DNA from: Mobula hypostoma
Lineage: Eukaryota
Direction: 5' to 3'
NCBI RefSeq assembly: GCF_963921235.1
Contig: NC_086108.1
Coordinates: 106,146,001 to 106,210,000 of the forward strand
Length of the DNA: 64,000 nucleotides
Shown: positions 26,555-40,196 of the stretch, in pieces
Numbering within the stretch: the first letter of the stretch is position 1
How the letters are laid out: every line of letters begins with the position of its first letter
Made by a program: the position numbers and the translations under genes
Notes under the pieces: model-generated
Seen by the model: the letters and a program-made list of their open reading frames with translations, nothing else
What the model was told of the DNA's origin: nothing
Databases searched by the model: none

Positions 26555-26812
26555 ACTTGTTGAGATTCAGTGCGAAACAGGCCCTTTTAGCAAACTCCAA
26601 TTTAACACTCGCCTCATCACGGGACAATTTACAATGACCAATTAACCTACTGATCATTATGACTTTGGACTGTGGTAGAACACCTTCGCACCCAGATGAA
26701 ACCTGGTCAGGGAGAGAACATACAAACTTACAGACAACTCCAGAACTGAACTCAGAACCCCGGCACCCTGAGCGGTAATGGTGTCGCACTAATCTCTAAT
26801 TTATCATGGCAC
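26555..26812 (-). mobile_element. V-SINE
   Basis: Reverse complement contains CCACAGTCCAAAG...GGTTAATTGGTCATTGTAAATTGTCC, shared with the other V-SINE copies. Confidence 0.75.
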
Positions 26813-26864
26813 CACAGTCATTCTGGAAACCATCATGAAAGTTTCTGAAATCCTAAATGATGTT

Positions 26865-27740
26865 CAACCATGACTTGGATAGATTGGAAGAAGGACAAAG
26901 AAGTGGCAAATGAAATACAATGTTGGAAAGTGTATGGTTATGCACTTTGGCAGAAGAAATAAACGGGCAGACTATTATTTAAATGGGAAAAAAATTCAAA
27001 GTTCTGCGATGCAACGGGACTTGGGAGTCCTCATGCAGGATACCCTTAAGGTTAGTCTCCAGGTTGAGTTGGTGGTGAAGAAGGTGAATGCAATGTTGGC
27101 ATTCATTTCTAGAGGAATAGAGGATAGGAGCAGGGATGTGATGTTGAGGCTCTATAAGGCACTGGTGAGACCTTACGTGGAGTACTGTGGGCAGTTTTGG
27201 TCTCCTTATTTAAGAAAGGATGTGCTGACGTTGGAGAGGGTACAGAGAAGATTCACTAGAATGATTCCAGGAATGAGAGGGTTAACATATGAGGAACGTT
27301 TGTCCGCTCTTGGACTGTATTCCTTGGCGTTTAGAAGAATGAGGGGAGACCTCATAGAAACATTTCAAATGTTGAAAGGCATGGACAGAGTGGATGTGGC
27401 AAAGTTGTTTCCCATGATGGGGGAGTCTAGTACGAGAGGGCATGACTTAAGGATTGAAGGGCGCCCATTCAGAACAGAAATGCGAAGAAATTTTTTTAGT
27501 CAGAGGGTGGTGAATCTATGGAATTTGTTGCCACGGGCAGCAGTGGAGGCCAAGTCATTGGGTGTATTTAAGGCAGAAATTCATAGTTATCTGAGTAGCC
27601 AGGGCATCAAAGGTTATGGTGAGAAGGCAGGGCAGTGGGACTAAATGGGAGAATGGATCAGCTCATGATAAAATGGCGGAGCAGACTTGATGGGCCGAAT
27701 GGCCGACTTCTGCTCCTTTGTCTTATGGTCTTATGGTCTT
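26865..27740 (+). mobile_element. Young 5'-truncated CR1 LINE
   Basis: Uninterrupted 244-aa RT C-terminal ORF 26910..27644 and (TCTTATGG)n tail. Closely similar copy at 44890-45567. Confidence 0.93.
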
Positions 27741-27874
27741 AATAATGGCAGTCGATATAATTCTGGAGTGATTTGCTTTGAAGGAAAAACACACATGGAA
27801 AAAGCTTTGGGAGAGTATTTGTGTCCTTGGATGCATTTATGCATTTGTATATGTGTGTGTGTATATATATATAG

Positions 27875-30472
27875 TGTGACACTCCAGCAGTGGGGAGGGG
27901 GTTGCGTGGTCGACAGCCCACCCCTGTATTTCTAATGATGAATGCTGTTTATTGTCCTTGTGTTAAAAATATTTTGTAGGATCATACTCCCTTGTGTACT
28001 TGTGGGTCACTCTATCTGTAACTGGGGTGTGTGATGGTCACCTCCCCCCGGCTGAAAGAGACTAGTTGGGCTCACTCACCAGGTCATGGTGACCAGTCTG
28101 TTTTGTGTTTATCACAATAAAACAGTTGTTGAGTTTAACGAGCTTCTTTGTCATTATGAACCAAATGCTTGCCGTTGTTGTCAGGAGTGGGGTGCGAAAT
28201 TGGCAACGAGGTTGAAGAGCTGCGACATCAGATAGGGCGCCTTAAGACTCAGGGAATAAGCCAAGGGACCAAGCAGTATATCTCCCTTGTACCTCTGGCC
28301 CAGGCTCATGAAGATGAGACTGGGAGGGAGGACACAGGGAGTGCCTTCCCAGGGAGCCCAGATGGAGCGAGCACATCCAGGAGCCATGGCAGAGCACATC
28401 ACGACCCACACCAGGGAACCCCAGACGCTGTAGCCATGGACACGATGGCAGACACTGCCGGAGCTGGAGGAATGCCCATCCTGAAGCTCCTCAGACACAA
28501 CAACACCGGCTAACTGGAGGTTTACCTGGTGCAGGTCAAACTTGCTGCATGGCACAATGGGTGGAGCCCCTCCAAGATGGCAGTGCACCTTGTCCTGGCA
28601 CTGGAGTGAGATGCCCTGAGGGCCCTCCATGTCTTACCACCAGCTGAGCAGTGTGACTACAGGGCCCTCGTAACGGTGCTGGAGTTTCGAGCGGAGGCGT
28701 TTGCCGGAAGCAATGAGGAAAGAACTGTGCAGCAGACGGCGCCGTATGGGAGAAAGCTTGGGGCCAGTCCTTGGCATGGCTACCCCCAGTTCTGTCCCGC
28801 GGCCCAGGAAGAGCAGCATGTTCGCCTGGCATCACCATCATCGCTGACTGAGGCACTGGCCAAGGCAGAGAGAGCAGAAGCAATGTTATCCTCCCCCCGC
28901 CCCGCCCCAAGGTGTTCCAGCATCACCCCACATGCCGCGAGCCTTGCGTCACTGAGGGTGAAGAGGAAACTGAGAAGGAGGAGGAGCCCGTGAGACAGGT
29001 CCGACCAGTGCCGTGGCAACCCCGCCGTGGGCCACGAAACGATCTCTGCTACCATTGCAGTAAGGCAGGCCACACAGAGGAGCACAAGGTGAGGCTCGCA
29101 GACATCCAGTAACCCTGCATCATTGGCCTGGACCTATGTGGGTGTGTCGGGGGCAACACTCTAACTTGGCACTGAACCCGTGGCTCTCCAGTAGGGCAGA
29201 AACCACCACCACCAATCTCACAGCGGCCCACTGCAGTGCAGCACACCCCAAAGCGTCCCAACAAAACACAGCTGAAACAGGGGGAAGTTACAGTGACAGC
29301 CCTTCAGGTGACAGCCGGCTACAACCTCCAGCACCTGTGCAGTGAGCAGCTGAGCGAACCCGTGCTGGCCTGGGTGAGGAGATGCTGAGCATGTGATGAC
29401 AGCTAGAGAGGGCAGAGGTCCCTGCCCTGGATCCAGAGACCAAAGCCCTATGCTCGCTGGAGGTGGGCGACGGGTTCCTGTTCCGGTGGTGGCTGTTGCC
29501 CTGTGGTGACAGACATCTGCAGTCAGTGATCCCCCGGGGACTCTGCGCCACGGTGCTGTGGTCGGTGCATGGGTTGGTGGGGGCCAGCTGTTTCGCAGCT
29601 GCCATGACGTTGGCCAAGCTGCTCCAATACTTCTACTGGCCTGAGTGCAAGCAGGACGCGGAGCTGTTCGTGCACTGCTGCAACGCCTGCACTCCCTAGA
29701 AGAGGCTGGGCCACCAGTCTAGGGGCCAATGCAGCAGTACATGGTGGGGACCCCAGTATGGGTCTACTGCCCCTCCCGGAAGAAGGGGCTATCCCCCAGG
29801 CTGAGAAGCCACTGGAGGAAGCCAGGAGAGGTGCTCGACCACATCTCTGATGTGGTATGCCGGGCGCGGTTGCCTGTGTGGCGGAACGCAGTCGTGCTGC
29901 ACCGGGATCGGCTGGCACCGCATCAGCTTTTGACCACCACTGACCCACCGAGGCTGAAGGAAGGAAGTGACACTCCGAGTGCCCTGCCTCTGGCCTCACA
30001 CAAACGGTGCCTTCCTTCGATGGTGTTCCAGCACCCCAGGCAGCAGCGTCGACTCCCACCAGGTCTTTTGGACTTTGTTATGAACTCTCGGGTAGCCAAG
30101 GATGGCTGGCCCCTCAGGTGGCGGCAGTGTGATGCTCCGGGAGGCCATGGTTAACAGTCCACCCCTGTAGTTCTAATGATCAATGCTGTTTATTGTTCCT
30201 GTGTTAAAATGCTTTTGCAGAATCATGGTGGGAAGTTCAAGTGCATTCATTGTTACATTTTAGCTTGGGTTGTACAGTTATTCTCTTGTGTATTTATGGG
30301 TCACCTTAACTGTAACCAGGATATGTGATGGTCATCTCCCCCATTTATATTAGACTGAGCTATTCTCTCTCTGGGTCATGGTGCCTGGCCTGTGTTGTGT
30401 TTATCACAATAAAGTGGTTGTTGAGTTTAACGAGCTTCCTCCTCTATCATTATGGGCCAATTGCTCACCACA
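27875..30472 (+). mobile_element. Internally deleted Ty3/Gypsy element with two LTRs
   Basis: LTRs at about 27875-28174 and 30128-30472; PBS 28176-28193; gag knuckle CYHCSKAGH (about 29047); integrase Zn-finger remnant FYWPEC...CNAC and C-terminus VWVYCPSRKKGLSPRL. Flanked by (TA)n. Confidence 0.85.
28176..28193 (+). promoter_or_regulatory. Primer binding site complementary to tRNA-Leu(CAG) 3' end
   Basis: TGTTGTCAGGAGTGGGGT versus expected TGGTGTCAGGAGTGGGAT (16/18), immediately after the 5' LTR. Confidence 0.75.
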
Positions 30473-30814
30473 ATATATATAAATATAGATAGATAGATAT
30501 ATGAGCAGACTTTTCTCCCTCGGATTGGGCAAGACTAGAACAAGAGGTCAGAGGCTAAGGATGAAAGGTGAAATGTTTAAAGAGAGCCTGAAGGGGAACT
30601 TCTTCACGAAGAAGGTGGTGAGTGTGTGGAATGAGCCGCCAGCAGAAGTGGTGGATGTAGGTTTGATTTCATAATTTAAGAGAAATGTAGATAGGTTCAT
30701 GAATAGGAGGGGTATGGAGAATTGTGGTCCGGGTGTAGGTCTATGTAGCACACACTAGATGGTCTGAATGGCATGTTTTTGTGCTGTGGCACTCTATCAC
30801 TCAATGACTCTATC

Positions 30815-31190
30815 ATCATTATTGTGTGCCATGTTGTATTTCAAAGGCTATCATGGTCTTTGACCATTATTGTTCTTGGCAAAATATTTCTACAGAAGTG
30901 GTTTGCCATTGCCTTCTTCTGGGCAGTGTCTTTACAGGACCGGTGACCACAGCCGTTATCAATACTCTTCAGAGATTGTCTGCCTGGTGTCAGTGGTCGC
31001 ATAACCAGGACTTGTGATATGCACCAGTGCTCATATGACCATCCACCACCTGCTCCCATGGCTTCACATGACCCTGATTGGGGGGGGCTAAGCAGGTGCT
31101 ACACCTTGTCCGAGGGTGATTTGCAGGACAGTGGAGGGAAGGAGCGTCTTACACCTCCTTTAGTAGAGATATATCTCCATCCCACCACCC
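30815..31190 (-). mobile_element. Non-autonomous RTE-related short element
   Basis: Reverse complement contains GAAGGCAATGGCAAACCACT (RTE/Bov-A-type motif) near its 3' end, followed by a TGA-type tail; no ORF. Confidence 0.55.
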
Positions 31191-31404
31191 AAAATGATTC
31201 TATAGTATTGCTGTTCTAGGATACAAACCATCTCAGCTGAGAAGTACAATATTGCCAATCTCTCACTATTGCATGTTCTCAATTTAGGGACTTTTCACCC
31301 CTTAACAGACTGCATAGGCAGCTCAAAAAGATAGCTCAGGACCACCCTGGGGGACAATGTTGGATGGACAGTAGATAGTTGCCATGGTTCCTTAAGGTTG
31401 TTAT

Positions 31405-31980
31405 AGCTGGGGGGTGGTAGTGGGGATAAGCTCCCACTACCTATTAAATGTTCCCAATGGTGTGCGCCTCAAATAGCCTCTGACAACCAAGTCCAGCTCC
31501 TGGCCTTCACACGTGGCTTAGCTACTAAGCCCAGCAGAACTGTTTCTACTGACAGGAGAAAGAGCAAAGGCGGATTACTGGCACCTTAAAACCAGTTGCT
31601 TCAGGCAGATCGGGCTTGTCAGCCGTGGTTGGAAGCTCATCTAGGTGAAGGAAACTATGATCTCAAACCTCCGTTGCTTTGAGGCTATACCCACTCAGGG
31701 GGAAGGCTTTGGGAGTAAATCCCGAGGGAAAAATCCAGAGCTGGAGTCCCTAAGGCAGTTCTACACTGAGTTCAATGTTGACTGGCAACTCCTACGACAC
31801 TGCTGGTGCCAAACTTCATCAGTCTCTGCCATTCTTTTGTATTCATCAGATGTATGGAGAGGGGGAGCTTGCTACATGGGCAACAGCTTGCTCTCTATAT
31901 CGTACTACCTAGGTTTGTGTATCTAGACAGCTAGGACACAATATCCATGGTCGACCCTGACCTATGGAAGCCTCACTCAT
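31405..31980 (+). mobile_element. Probable non-autonomous Vingi/RTE-like element
   Basis: Structured 5' end plus the motif CATCTAGGTGAAGGAAACTATGATCTCAAACC, which I recall from such 5' UTRs. Family assignment is uncertain. Confidence 0.35.
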
Positions 31981-32489
31981 TTACTTACCATATTAACCAT
32001 CTCCTAATAAGTATAGCTAAATTGACTGACATTGTGGGTACACAGTGCAGTCTATATTCAGAATCTAATTGGTTGTAATATCTACTAAAGCAAACCGGAA
32101 TTACAATGAGGTTAAACCCAAGGTTCTTTCAAAAGCAAGGTTTGTGGCTGAACATCCAGTCTTGGGTCTTGATTTCGGCTCCATCTCTGACCAGAGGCAC
32201 TGAGTCAAATGACAACACAAGCAACAGTTGATATTGGGACATAGAGTGAGATACAAACAGCTGGAGGAACTCTCTGGGTCAAGCAGTATCTATGGAGCGA
32301 AATGGACTGTTGATATTTCTGGTTGAGATGATTTATCCGATATGGACTGGCATGGAGGCTGTAATGCATAGGACCGAAAGAGACTGCAGAGGGTTATGGA
32401 CTCAGCCAGTTCCATCTATAGCACAACTCTCCCCACCATAGCGGACATCTTCAAAAGGGAATGCCTCAAGAAGACAACATCCAACCCTA

Positions 32490-32850
32490 CATAAGAACAT
32501 AAGAAATCGGAGCAGGAGTAGTCCATCCGGCCTATCGAGCCTGCCCCACCATTCAATAAGATCATGGCTAACCTGTCTGTAAACTCAGCTCCATCTACCT
32601 GCCTTTTCCCCATAACCCTCAATTCCCTTACTATGTAAAAACCTATCTAACTGTATCTTAAATATATTTAGTGAAGAAGCCTCAACTGCTTCCCTGGGCA
32701 GAGAATTCCACAGATTCACCACTCTCTGGAATGAACAGTTTCTCCTCATCTCCGTCCTAAATCTTCTCCCCTGAATCTTGAGGCAATGTCCCCTAGTTCT
32801 GGTCTCACCCACAAATGGAAACAACTTTCTCACTTCTATCTTATCTATCC
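32490..32850 (-). mobile_element. CR1 3' fragment
   Basis: ORF 32585..32833 TRTRGH...RVVNLWNSLP; TTCTTATG tail. Confidence 0.88.
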
Positions 32851-32929
32851 CTAAGGACCCTTACCACCCACAACATACACTCTTCTCGTTATTACTCTCT
32901 GTCTATGTATCTATTGACAGTGAAAACCA

Positions 32930-34130
32930 ATAAAGATCCTACCTGTTTTGTTGAGCATATTCACTCCACCCGCAGCAGGCAGGATTTCCCAGTGGCCAAA
33001 CATTTTATCCCATTCCTGTCTGTCAGTCAGCGTCCTCCTCTACTGCCCCAAAGTGGCTACTATCAGGTCAGAGGAGTGACAGCTCATATTCTGTTTGGGT
33101 AGCCTCCAACCTGACAGCAAAAACATCGATTTCTGTATGCTCTGGTAATTTCTCCCCCTTCCCTTCTCTCTTTTTCCATTCCCCAGTATCACTCCCTATT
33201 ACCCACCCTGTTCTCCTCACGTGCCCTTTGGTGCCCCTCCTCCTTCCCTTTCTACCATTCCCCTCCTTTTAGATTCCTTTGTCTTCAGCCCTTTATCTTT
33301 TCTACCTATCACCTCCATGATTCTCACTTCAATTCCCCCTCTCCCAGCCACCTGACTTCCCTGTCACCTGGTCTCACCTATCACCTGCCAGCTTGTACCC
33401 CCTCCTTTTCCCCTTGCTTCCTTATTCTGTTTTCCCCTTCCTTTCCAGTCCTGATGAAGGGTCTTGTCCTGAAACATTAACTCTTTATTCCTCTCTACAG
33501 ACACTGCCTCAGCCGGCCAGCGGTGCTGTTGCATCCACACCGGACTTCAAGATAAGTGCTCCTGGGTTCAAACCCAGCCAACTCCTTGTACATTTCTATC
33601 TGTGATGAGTTGAGCATTGAGCTAGCAAATTGGCCTAGTAAAAAAACAGACAAAAAGCTAAAGAAACGATAACGTCGAGAGGAGACATGATAGAGGTGTA
33701 CAAGATAATAAGAGGAATAGATAGAGTGGATAGCCAGCGCCTCTTCCCCAGGGCACCACTGCACAATACAAGAGGACATGGCTTTAAGGTAATGGGTGGG
33801 AAGTTCAAGGGGGATATTAGAGGAAGGTTTTTTACTCAGAGAGTGGTTGGTGCGTGGAATGCACTGCCTGAGACAGTGGTGGAGGCAGATACACTCGTGA
33901 AGTTTAAGAGACTACTAGACAGGTATATGGAGGAATTTAAGGTGGGGGGTTATATGGGAGGCAGGGTTTGAGGGTCGGCACAACATTGTGGGCCGAAGGG
34001 CCTGTAATGTGCTGTACTATTCTATGTTCTATGTTCTATGTTACCTCCCAATATGCCACAAGGCACAGAAATGAACAACAACAGACGCTGCCTGACCTGC
34101 TGAGTTCCTCCTGCATTTTGAGTGTGCTAT
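32930..34130 (+). mobile_element. PLE 3' fragment containing a SINE (33510-34080) that contains a CR1 3' end (33677-34042)
   Basis: PVAKHF...SLQPD remnant and hammerhead at 33446-33482. SINE TSD ACAGAC(A/G)CTGCCT (33497-33509, 34081-34093). CR1 ORF 33687..33971 with TTCTATG tail. Confidence 0.82.
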
Positions 34131-35569
34131 CTCTCTATTTATAAATTCATCTATCGTTCTACCTATTTATCTGTCTACCTATAGTAATTTTTTTTGAATT
34201 GCACTGTACTGCTATCAGAAAGCAACACATTTAACAGCATATATCAGTGGTAATAATGCTGATTCTGATCTAGACTGGATGCTAGTGGGGAAGCAGCTAG
34301 TATAGAGAGATGAGGAAAGGTCGTAGAGCAAGAGCTGTCAGGTAATAGGTGGATTTATGTGAGGAGGGATGACAGGCAGATGAGGAAGAAGAGATGAGGA
34401 AACAGCAACAGAGGCTTGGGTGTTATTCCATCAAAGCAAATGTGGAAGGTGAGTGAGAGTACGGTGCCGAATGCCTGCCTTACCTGTGAGTGGCCTATCA
34501 CTGTGGCAGGCTGGTAGTCCTCTGCCTCATGGGGTGCCCTTTTCCTTCCATGAGTGTCAGTGATATCAAAGGATTGTATTGTGGTTCTGCGTTTATGGAT
34601 TGGACTCTTGTGTTTCTGGACTGTGAACTTTTTCAGACTTACAGTTTTTATAATGCTTCACTTATCTCACCGGTTCCTTTTCTGTTTTGTTATGTGTGGG
34701 GTGGGGGTTTGAGGATTGATGTTCTGGTTGTGTTCTGTTAGTTGTTTTGTGCAGGGGAGGAGTTGTATGGGGTTCAAAGTTCTTGTTGCATTTTGTAAAG
34801 GTGAAGGGGGGTTTGGGGGTCGATGTTCTTATTCCATTTTGTGTGGGGAAGTAAGTTCTGTGGGTTGATGAGCGGGATGCCATACTTTTTGTGCGGGGGA
34901 GGTGGATTTGATGTCCCTCTCTCTGGATGACCTTCACGTTCTTTCTTTGTTTCGTGGCTATCTGGAGAAGATTAATCTCGGAGTTGTATATGGATACATA
35001 CTTTGATAATAAAGTAATATTTGAACCTTTGATCACCTGCAGCCATTTATTGCCTCCAACTGTCATGTCTCAGCCTGTGTGATCATTTCCACTCTTCCTT
35101 TCTCCATCTGTCCATCACCTCCCCTTATGTGGATCCACCTATCAACTACCAAGTCTTGTGCTATGCCTCCACCTCCTCTTGTTGGACCAAAGAGCCCGAT
35201 TCCATGCTCAATTGCCCTATTCTAGTGGTTATCTCCCCTCTATCAATTGCCCAGAATTCGATTCCCATTGTACAGAGCCCAGGTCTTCGAATCTTTGCCA
35301 GTCCACTGGGGGATTGAAAGCCCAATGTCTGTGAGTCCAAGCTAGAGTCTGCTGAAGGTTGGAGGCTGAAAACGGGCCTGCCGCGTGGTTGGAAGGCTGC
35401 GATTGTGTGTGGGTGGGAGGGAGGAACAGGGCTTGTTTTGTTCTGGTGCGTTTGTAGATTGTTGTCTTCTATGTTGCTGTGTTCTGTGTTGTTCTGCCAA
35501 GCACTGTGGCACTGGAATGTGTTGCAACTCTTGTAAGATGCTCTCAGCACACCCACGGGCGTGTTAGTA

Positions 35570-36010
35570 GTTAACACGACTAGCATTGGAATTCAGAGTT
35601 CAATTCTGGCGTCTTCTGCAAGGAGCTTGTACATTCTCTCCGTGAACACATGGGTTTCCTCTGGATGCTCCACTTTCCTCCCACAGTCCAAAGACATACT
35701 TGTTAGTAGGTTAATTGTGTGTCTGTGCGCGCGCCCCCTTAACTCCTGGTGGAGTCGTCGGGTCGCCATCATGACAAGCTTTTTTGTTATGCTCATTGTA
35801 CGACGTGTCTTGGGCATCTGAAACCTGGTGAAGCCCATCCCTCTCCAGGTTTTTTTTTTATGAGGTCGAGTTGTTAGCTTGAGACTCAACCCAGGCATGG
35901 ATGGCGAGCGTTCAAGGGAGCCGGCCGGATTCGAGCTCGTAAATTGTCCTGTGATTAGGTCAGGGTGGAACAGGTGGATTGCTATGCACTGTACTCATTG
36001 TCCTATCTCT
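35570..36010 (+). mobile_element. V-SINE interrupted by an antisense SINE (about 35720-35938)
   Basis: V core TGGGTTTCCTCTGGATGCTCCACTTTCCTCCCACAGTCCAAAGAC; GGTTAATTG resumes as GTAAATTGTCC after the insert. Confidence 0.78.
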
Positions 36011-36038
36011 AAATGTGGCTGTAGATGTTGTGGTAACT

Positions 36039-36500
36039 TACTCACTGCCTATTACGCCACTGGCATTTATAGCAGCAATGAAGGTCCTCCATCTCTGTCT
36101 GTCCTGGGAAACCAATTCTTGTCTTGGTCTTGGCAGTGTTCACGGTTTCCTTTATCATCAGTAGCTTCATCTCAGTTTTCACTACTGTCAGCCAAGAAAA
36201 TCATGGGTGGAGACTCAAGAATACTGCCGCACACAGATGTAGAATGATTCTTCATTGCTGATTTGGAAACAGTTTTGTTTGACCAGTTGTGGTTGTTAGC
36301 CCTGACCTGAACCCCACCCCCCCAAAACCTGGAAGACAGATAGGCCACTTTTAATCAGACCTTTACCCTTTGACCTGTTTGGCATGGGTGACCCTATCAA
36401 AAGCCAAAGCATAAAGCCCTGACTCCAGCCGGCATGGCTCTCCGGGTCATTGAGGCACACGAGCCTCCAAACCCTACGACAAGGTTGTGCTCCTCTTGGT
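36039..36500 (-). mobile_element. Bipartite non-autonomous RTE (Expander-like 5' UTR + 3' end)
   Basis: Reverse complement: CTTGTCGTAGGG...CAATGACCC...AGGGTCACCCATGCCAAACAGGTC joined to an ORF end DRDGGPSLL (RWRTFIAA in the adjacent frame). Shorter related copy at 42108-42408. Confidence 0.65.
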
Positions 36501-37253
36501 GGTAAGGCAAGGGTTAACATAATATCCAGGCAACAATAGACTGAAGATAGAGTGCAGCCAGCCCAGGCAAGCAAAGGCTTTGAAGAGAACAGCTTCCCTT
36601 TGCACACTAGGAGTCTGGGGAGGTGATAAGCGATCCAAGGCACACACAACAACTGAGAGACAATTGGTTTAGTAACTTCAAAGTATCATCGGTTGTAAGC
36701 TGGTAGCTTCTACTGACTTTAAATACCTGTATTGTGAATGGTGGTTGTTCTTGCAAGTAGGAGATTCAAACATATGCAACCTGCCAGGTGGTCAATATCC
36801 ATAACTGCTGGCAAATTCGGTATAAAAATGGCATTTAGTCAAGGAGTTATAGAAAAAGGCAGCATAGGCACAAACCCTTCAGCCCATCTAGTCCATACCA
36901 AACCATTTAAACTGCCTATGTGTCCCATCGGCCTGCACCGGGACCATAGCCCTCCATTTCTCGGTTCAGAATTCAGAATAGTGTGGTGACAGGGGCCATG
37001 CTGTTCTCCTTGTGCCTAAGTAAATAAAGCGTTGTTAAGTCGTAAGAGTATGTGTTCCGTGTCCAGTTACTTTATTTAATCCTATTATCAATGATAACAA
37101 GGCCTCCCCCAAACATTAAAGGAGCCTCTGAAGCTAAATGCTATGGAAACTAGTTTGTTGCTGTGATGGTTCACAGTGTGGCTCTGAGTCATGCAGTCAA
37201 GTTCAAGTTGAAGTTCATAAGCCTACACATGCATGCACCTAAAGGCCATGATA

Positions 37254-37520
37254 ATGTAGCCGTTAGCACGACGCTATTACAGCTCAGGGCGTCGGTGTTC
37301 GGAGCTCAGTGCTGCCGCTCTCTGTAAGGGGTTTGTACATTCTCCCCGTGACTGCGTGGGTTTCCTCCGGGTGCTCAGGTTTCCTCCCACAGTCCAAAGA
37401 CCTACTGGTTAATTGGGCATTGTGCATTCTCCTGTAATTAGGCTAGGGTTTAATAGATGGGTTGCTGGGCAGTGAGGCTCATTGGGGTGGAATAGCCTGT
37501 TCGATGCTGTAACTCTAAAT
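37254..37520 (+). mobile_element. V-SINE (HE1-like)
   Basis: tRNA-like head plus V core TGCGTGGGTTTCCTCCGGGTGCTCAGGTTTCCTCCCACAGTCCAAAGAC; (TAAA)n tail. Confidence 0.85.
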
Positions 37521-38427
37521 AGTAAATAAATAAATAAACAAATAAATAAATAATCTTTGGTAGGGGTTCTATTGGGTAGTTGGTAAATGAAACATTGTTC
37601 CTATAGGAATGAGGAGCAAAAAGGTAGTACACATATCACATTCAGAACATAAATTAATATGAACACATTAATATTAACAGAAAATTTTTTAAAAATCAGT
37701 CGATGTACTAGCTTGACATAAAATGCAGATATGACATATAGTTAAATATACAACAGTATGATGCTATGGACACTGTCATAAGTAATGTGCACTGAGTAGG
37801 AGCAGGATGCTCAGAAGTCTCACAGCGTGGGGGAAGAAGCTGTTACCCTGCCCGACTACCCTTGTTCTAATACTGTGGGAGGTAGGAGCTACAGCACAGA
37901 ATCAAAGTCCTCTGCATGCCAGCTGCCAGTCAGTTACGTTTTATCATTATTCTCCCCCAGTTCCTATCAACTCCACCCTCTCCACACCAAGATTCCTGAG
38001 AATGAAAGGGTTAACGTATGAAGAGTGCTTCAAGGATTGGGGCATGTACTCGCTGAAATTTAGCGGGGAGGGGGGGATATCATTGAAAGGCCTTTGAGGT
38101 ATTCCCAAATTTTTTTATGCCGTGGACCCCGACCATGAACAGAGGGGTCCATGGACATCAGATTGGGTAAACCCTTGGCTGAGGCAGAGTGGACTTGGAG
38201 AGGACGCTTCCAACAGTTAGAGAGTTCAGGACTAGAGGGCACATCCTCAGAATGTAAGGATGCACAGAAATGAGGAGTAATTTCATCAGCCAGAGGGTGG
38301 TGAATCTGTGGCATTCATTGCCACAGTCGCTGTGCAGGACAAGTAATTTTAAAGCAGAGTTTAATAGTAAGGGTGTCAAGGGTTACAAAGAGCATACTGC
38401 AGTATATAACTTCAGTCGTATCCTATA

Positions 38428-38998
38428 TCCACTTAGTGGCCTCTGTATTAAGTACATCTGTACACTTGCTCATTAATGCAAATATCTAATCAGCCAATCA
38501 TGTGGCAGCAACTGAAGGCATAAAAGGATGCAGACATGGTCAAGAAGTTCAATTGTTCAGAGCAAAGATAGGAATGGAGAGGAAATGTGATATAAGTGAC
38601 CTTGACCGTGGAATGATTATTGGTGCCAGGCGGGGTGATTTGCATATCTTAGAAACTGCTGATCCTTTGTCATTTTCATGCACAACAGTGTCTGGAGTTT
38701 ACAGAGAATGATGTGAAAACCAAAAAAATAATCCACAAAGTGGGAGCTCTGTGGGCAAAAATACCTTGTTAATGGAAGAGTTCAGAAGAAAATTACCAGA
38801 CTGGTTCAAGTTGACAAGACGGGAAAAGTGACTCAAATAACCACACATTACAACAGTGGTGTGCAAAAGAACGTCTCTGAGCACACAGCACATTGAACCT
38901 TCAAGTGGAATGGGTGACAGTGGCAGAAATCCATGAACATAAATTTAGTGGTCACTTTTGTAAGTACTGGTGGTATCTATTAACATGGCCACAGAGTG
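38428..38998 (+). mobile_element. Non-autonomous Tc1-like DNA transposon
   Basis: Imperfect TIRs CACTTAGTGGCC...GGCCACAGAGTG|TA; HTH remnant DLDRGMIIGARR...TTVSGVYRE. Second copy at 57205-57722. Confidence 0.78.
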
Positions 38999-40196
38999 TA
39001 TACTCTCTATATATTTTATATTGTAAAATATACTAGATATGTCCATGATAATAATCCTGATTCTGATATTGATCTGAAAAAGGGAAGAAGGGCAAGGGAG
39101 ATGTACTCAAAGTACAAAGTTCAAAATAAACTCATTATCAAAGTACATATATGTCACCATATACAGCCCTGAGATTAATCCTCGCAGACATTCATAGTAA
39201 ATACAAATAAACAAATTTTAAAAAAGCAAAATGATAATAGTAATTTTAAAAATGCAATAAATATCGAGAACATGAGATGAAGAGTCTTTGGAAGTGAATC
39301 CACAGGTTGTGGAAACAGTTCAGTGAAGAGGTGAGTGAAATTGAGTGAAGTCAAGAGCCTGATGGTTGAGGGGTAATAACTATTCCTGAACCCAATGGTT
39401 CCTGAGGTTCCTGTACCTCCTTTCTGATGGCAGCATTGAATAGATGATATGGACTGGATTCTGGGGGTCTTTGATCTTCATCAAGCACAAAAGCTCAAGT
39501 ACTTCCAGAAGAGAAGACTACAGACATTTTGCAAAAACTAAATGCACAATAAAAGGTGATTTTTGTTTCAATTCGATGTTCTTGAGGTCAAACCAGCATT
39601 ACGTACAACACCGAGAAACAATTCAGGCACTGTTTACAAAGCAGTATCTTGCAGTCTCCTGACTGTGGCAATCTTTTACAAACTGGATGTAATTGGTACT
39701 CTGATTGTTAAGAGAATATCTCTGTTACAAGTGTCTGGTCTGCTTTAGGTATTCTCTCAGGCGCGACAATCCTGGTCACTTCTGCAAACAGTTTACGTGT
39801 TTTACATACTCCCTTATACAGGCTCATGTCACAATCAGTATCCCTTGAGATTTGAACTACATATTGCGGCTAGAAATTCAATTGCAAAGTGCAATTCTTT
39901 TTTTCTATAGCCTGGATATGATTGCAGAGTAAAATCGATTTGGGACTTTATTGCATGCATGGCACGCACGGGAACTTTGGATCACACTTTCCTGTGCAGG
40001 TGACATGCATGCACTCAATGGGATGTCAATCAGTATTTGGCACTGCTGTTGTCCAGTGGACTGTGAATATGTGATGAAGTGGTGGACAGAAACACAAAAG
40101 AGTACGCTACTGCTGAGTTTCCTAAAGAGACAGGTCTTAACTGCATCATTGTTAGGGAAGGCACATCAAAAGCTCCACGCAAGGGCAGCAAGGATG

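Noticed and set aside
39911..39999. Plus-strand exon after TTTTTTTCTATAG
   Set aside because: Good acceptor but weak donor (GTGACA) and no recognisable peptide; insufficient support.
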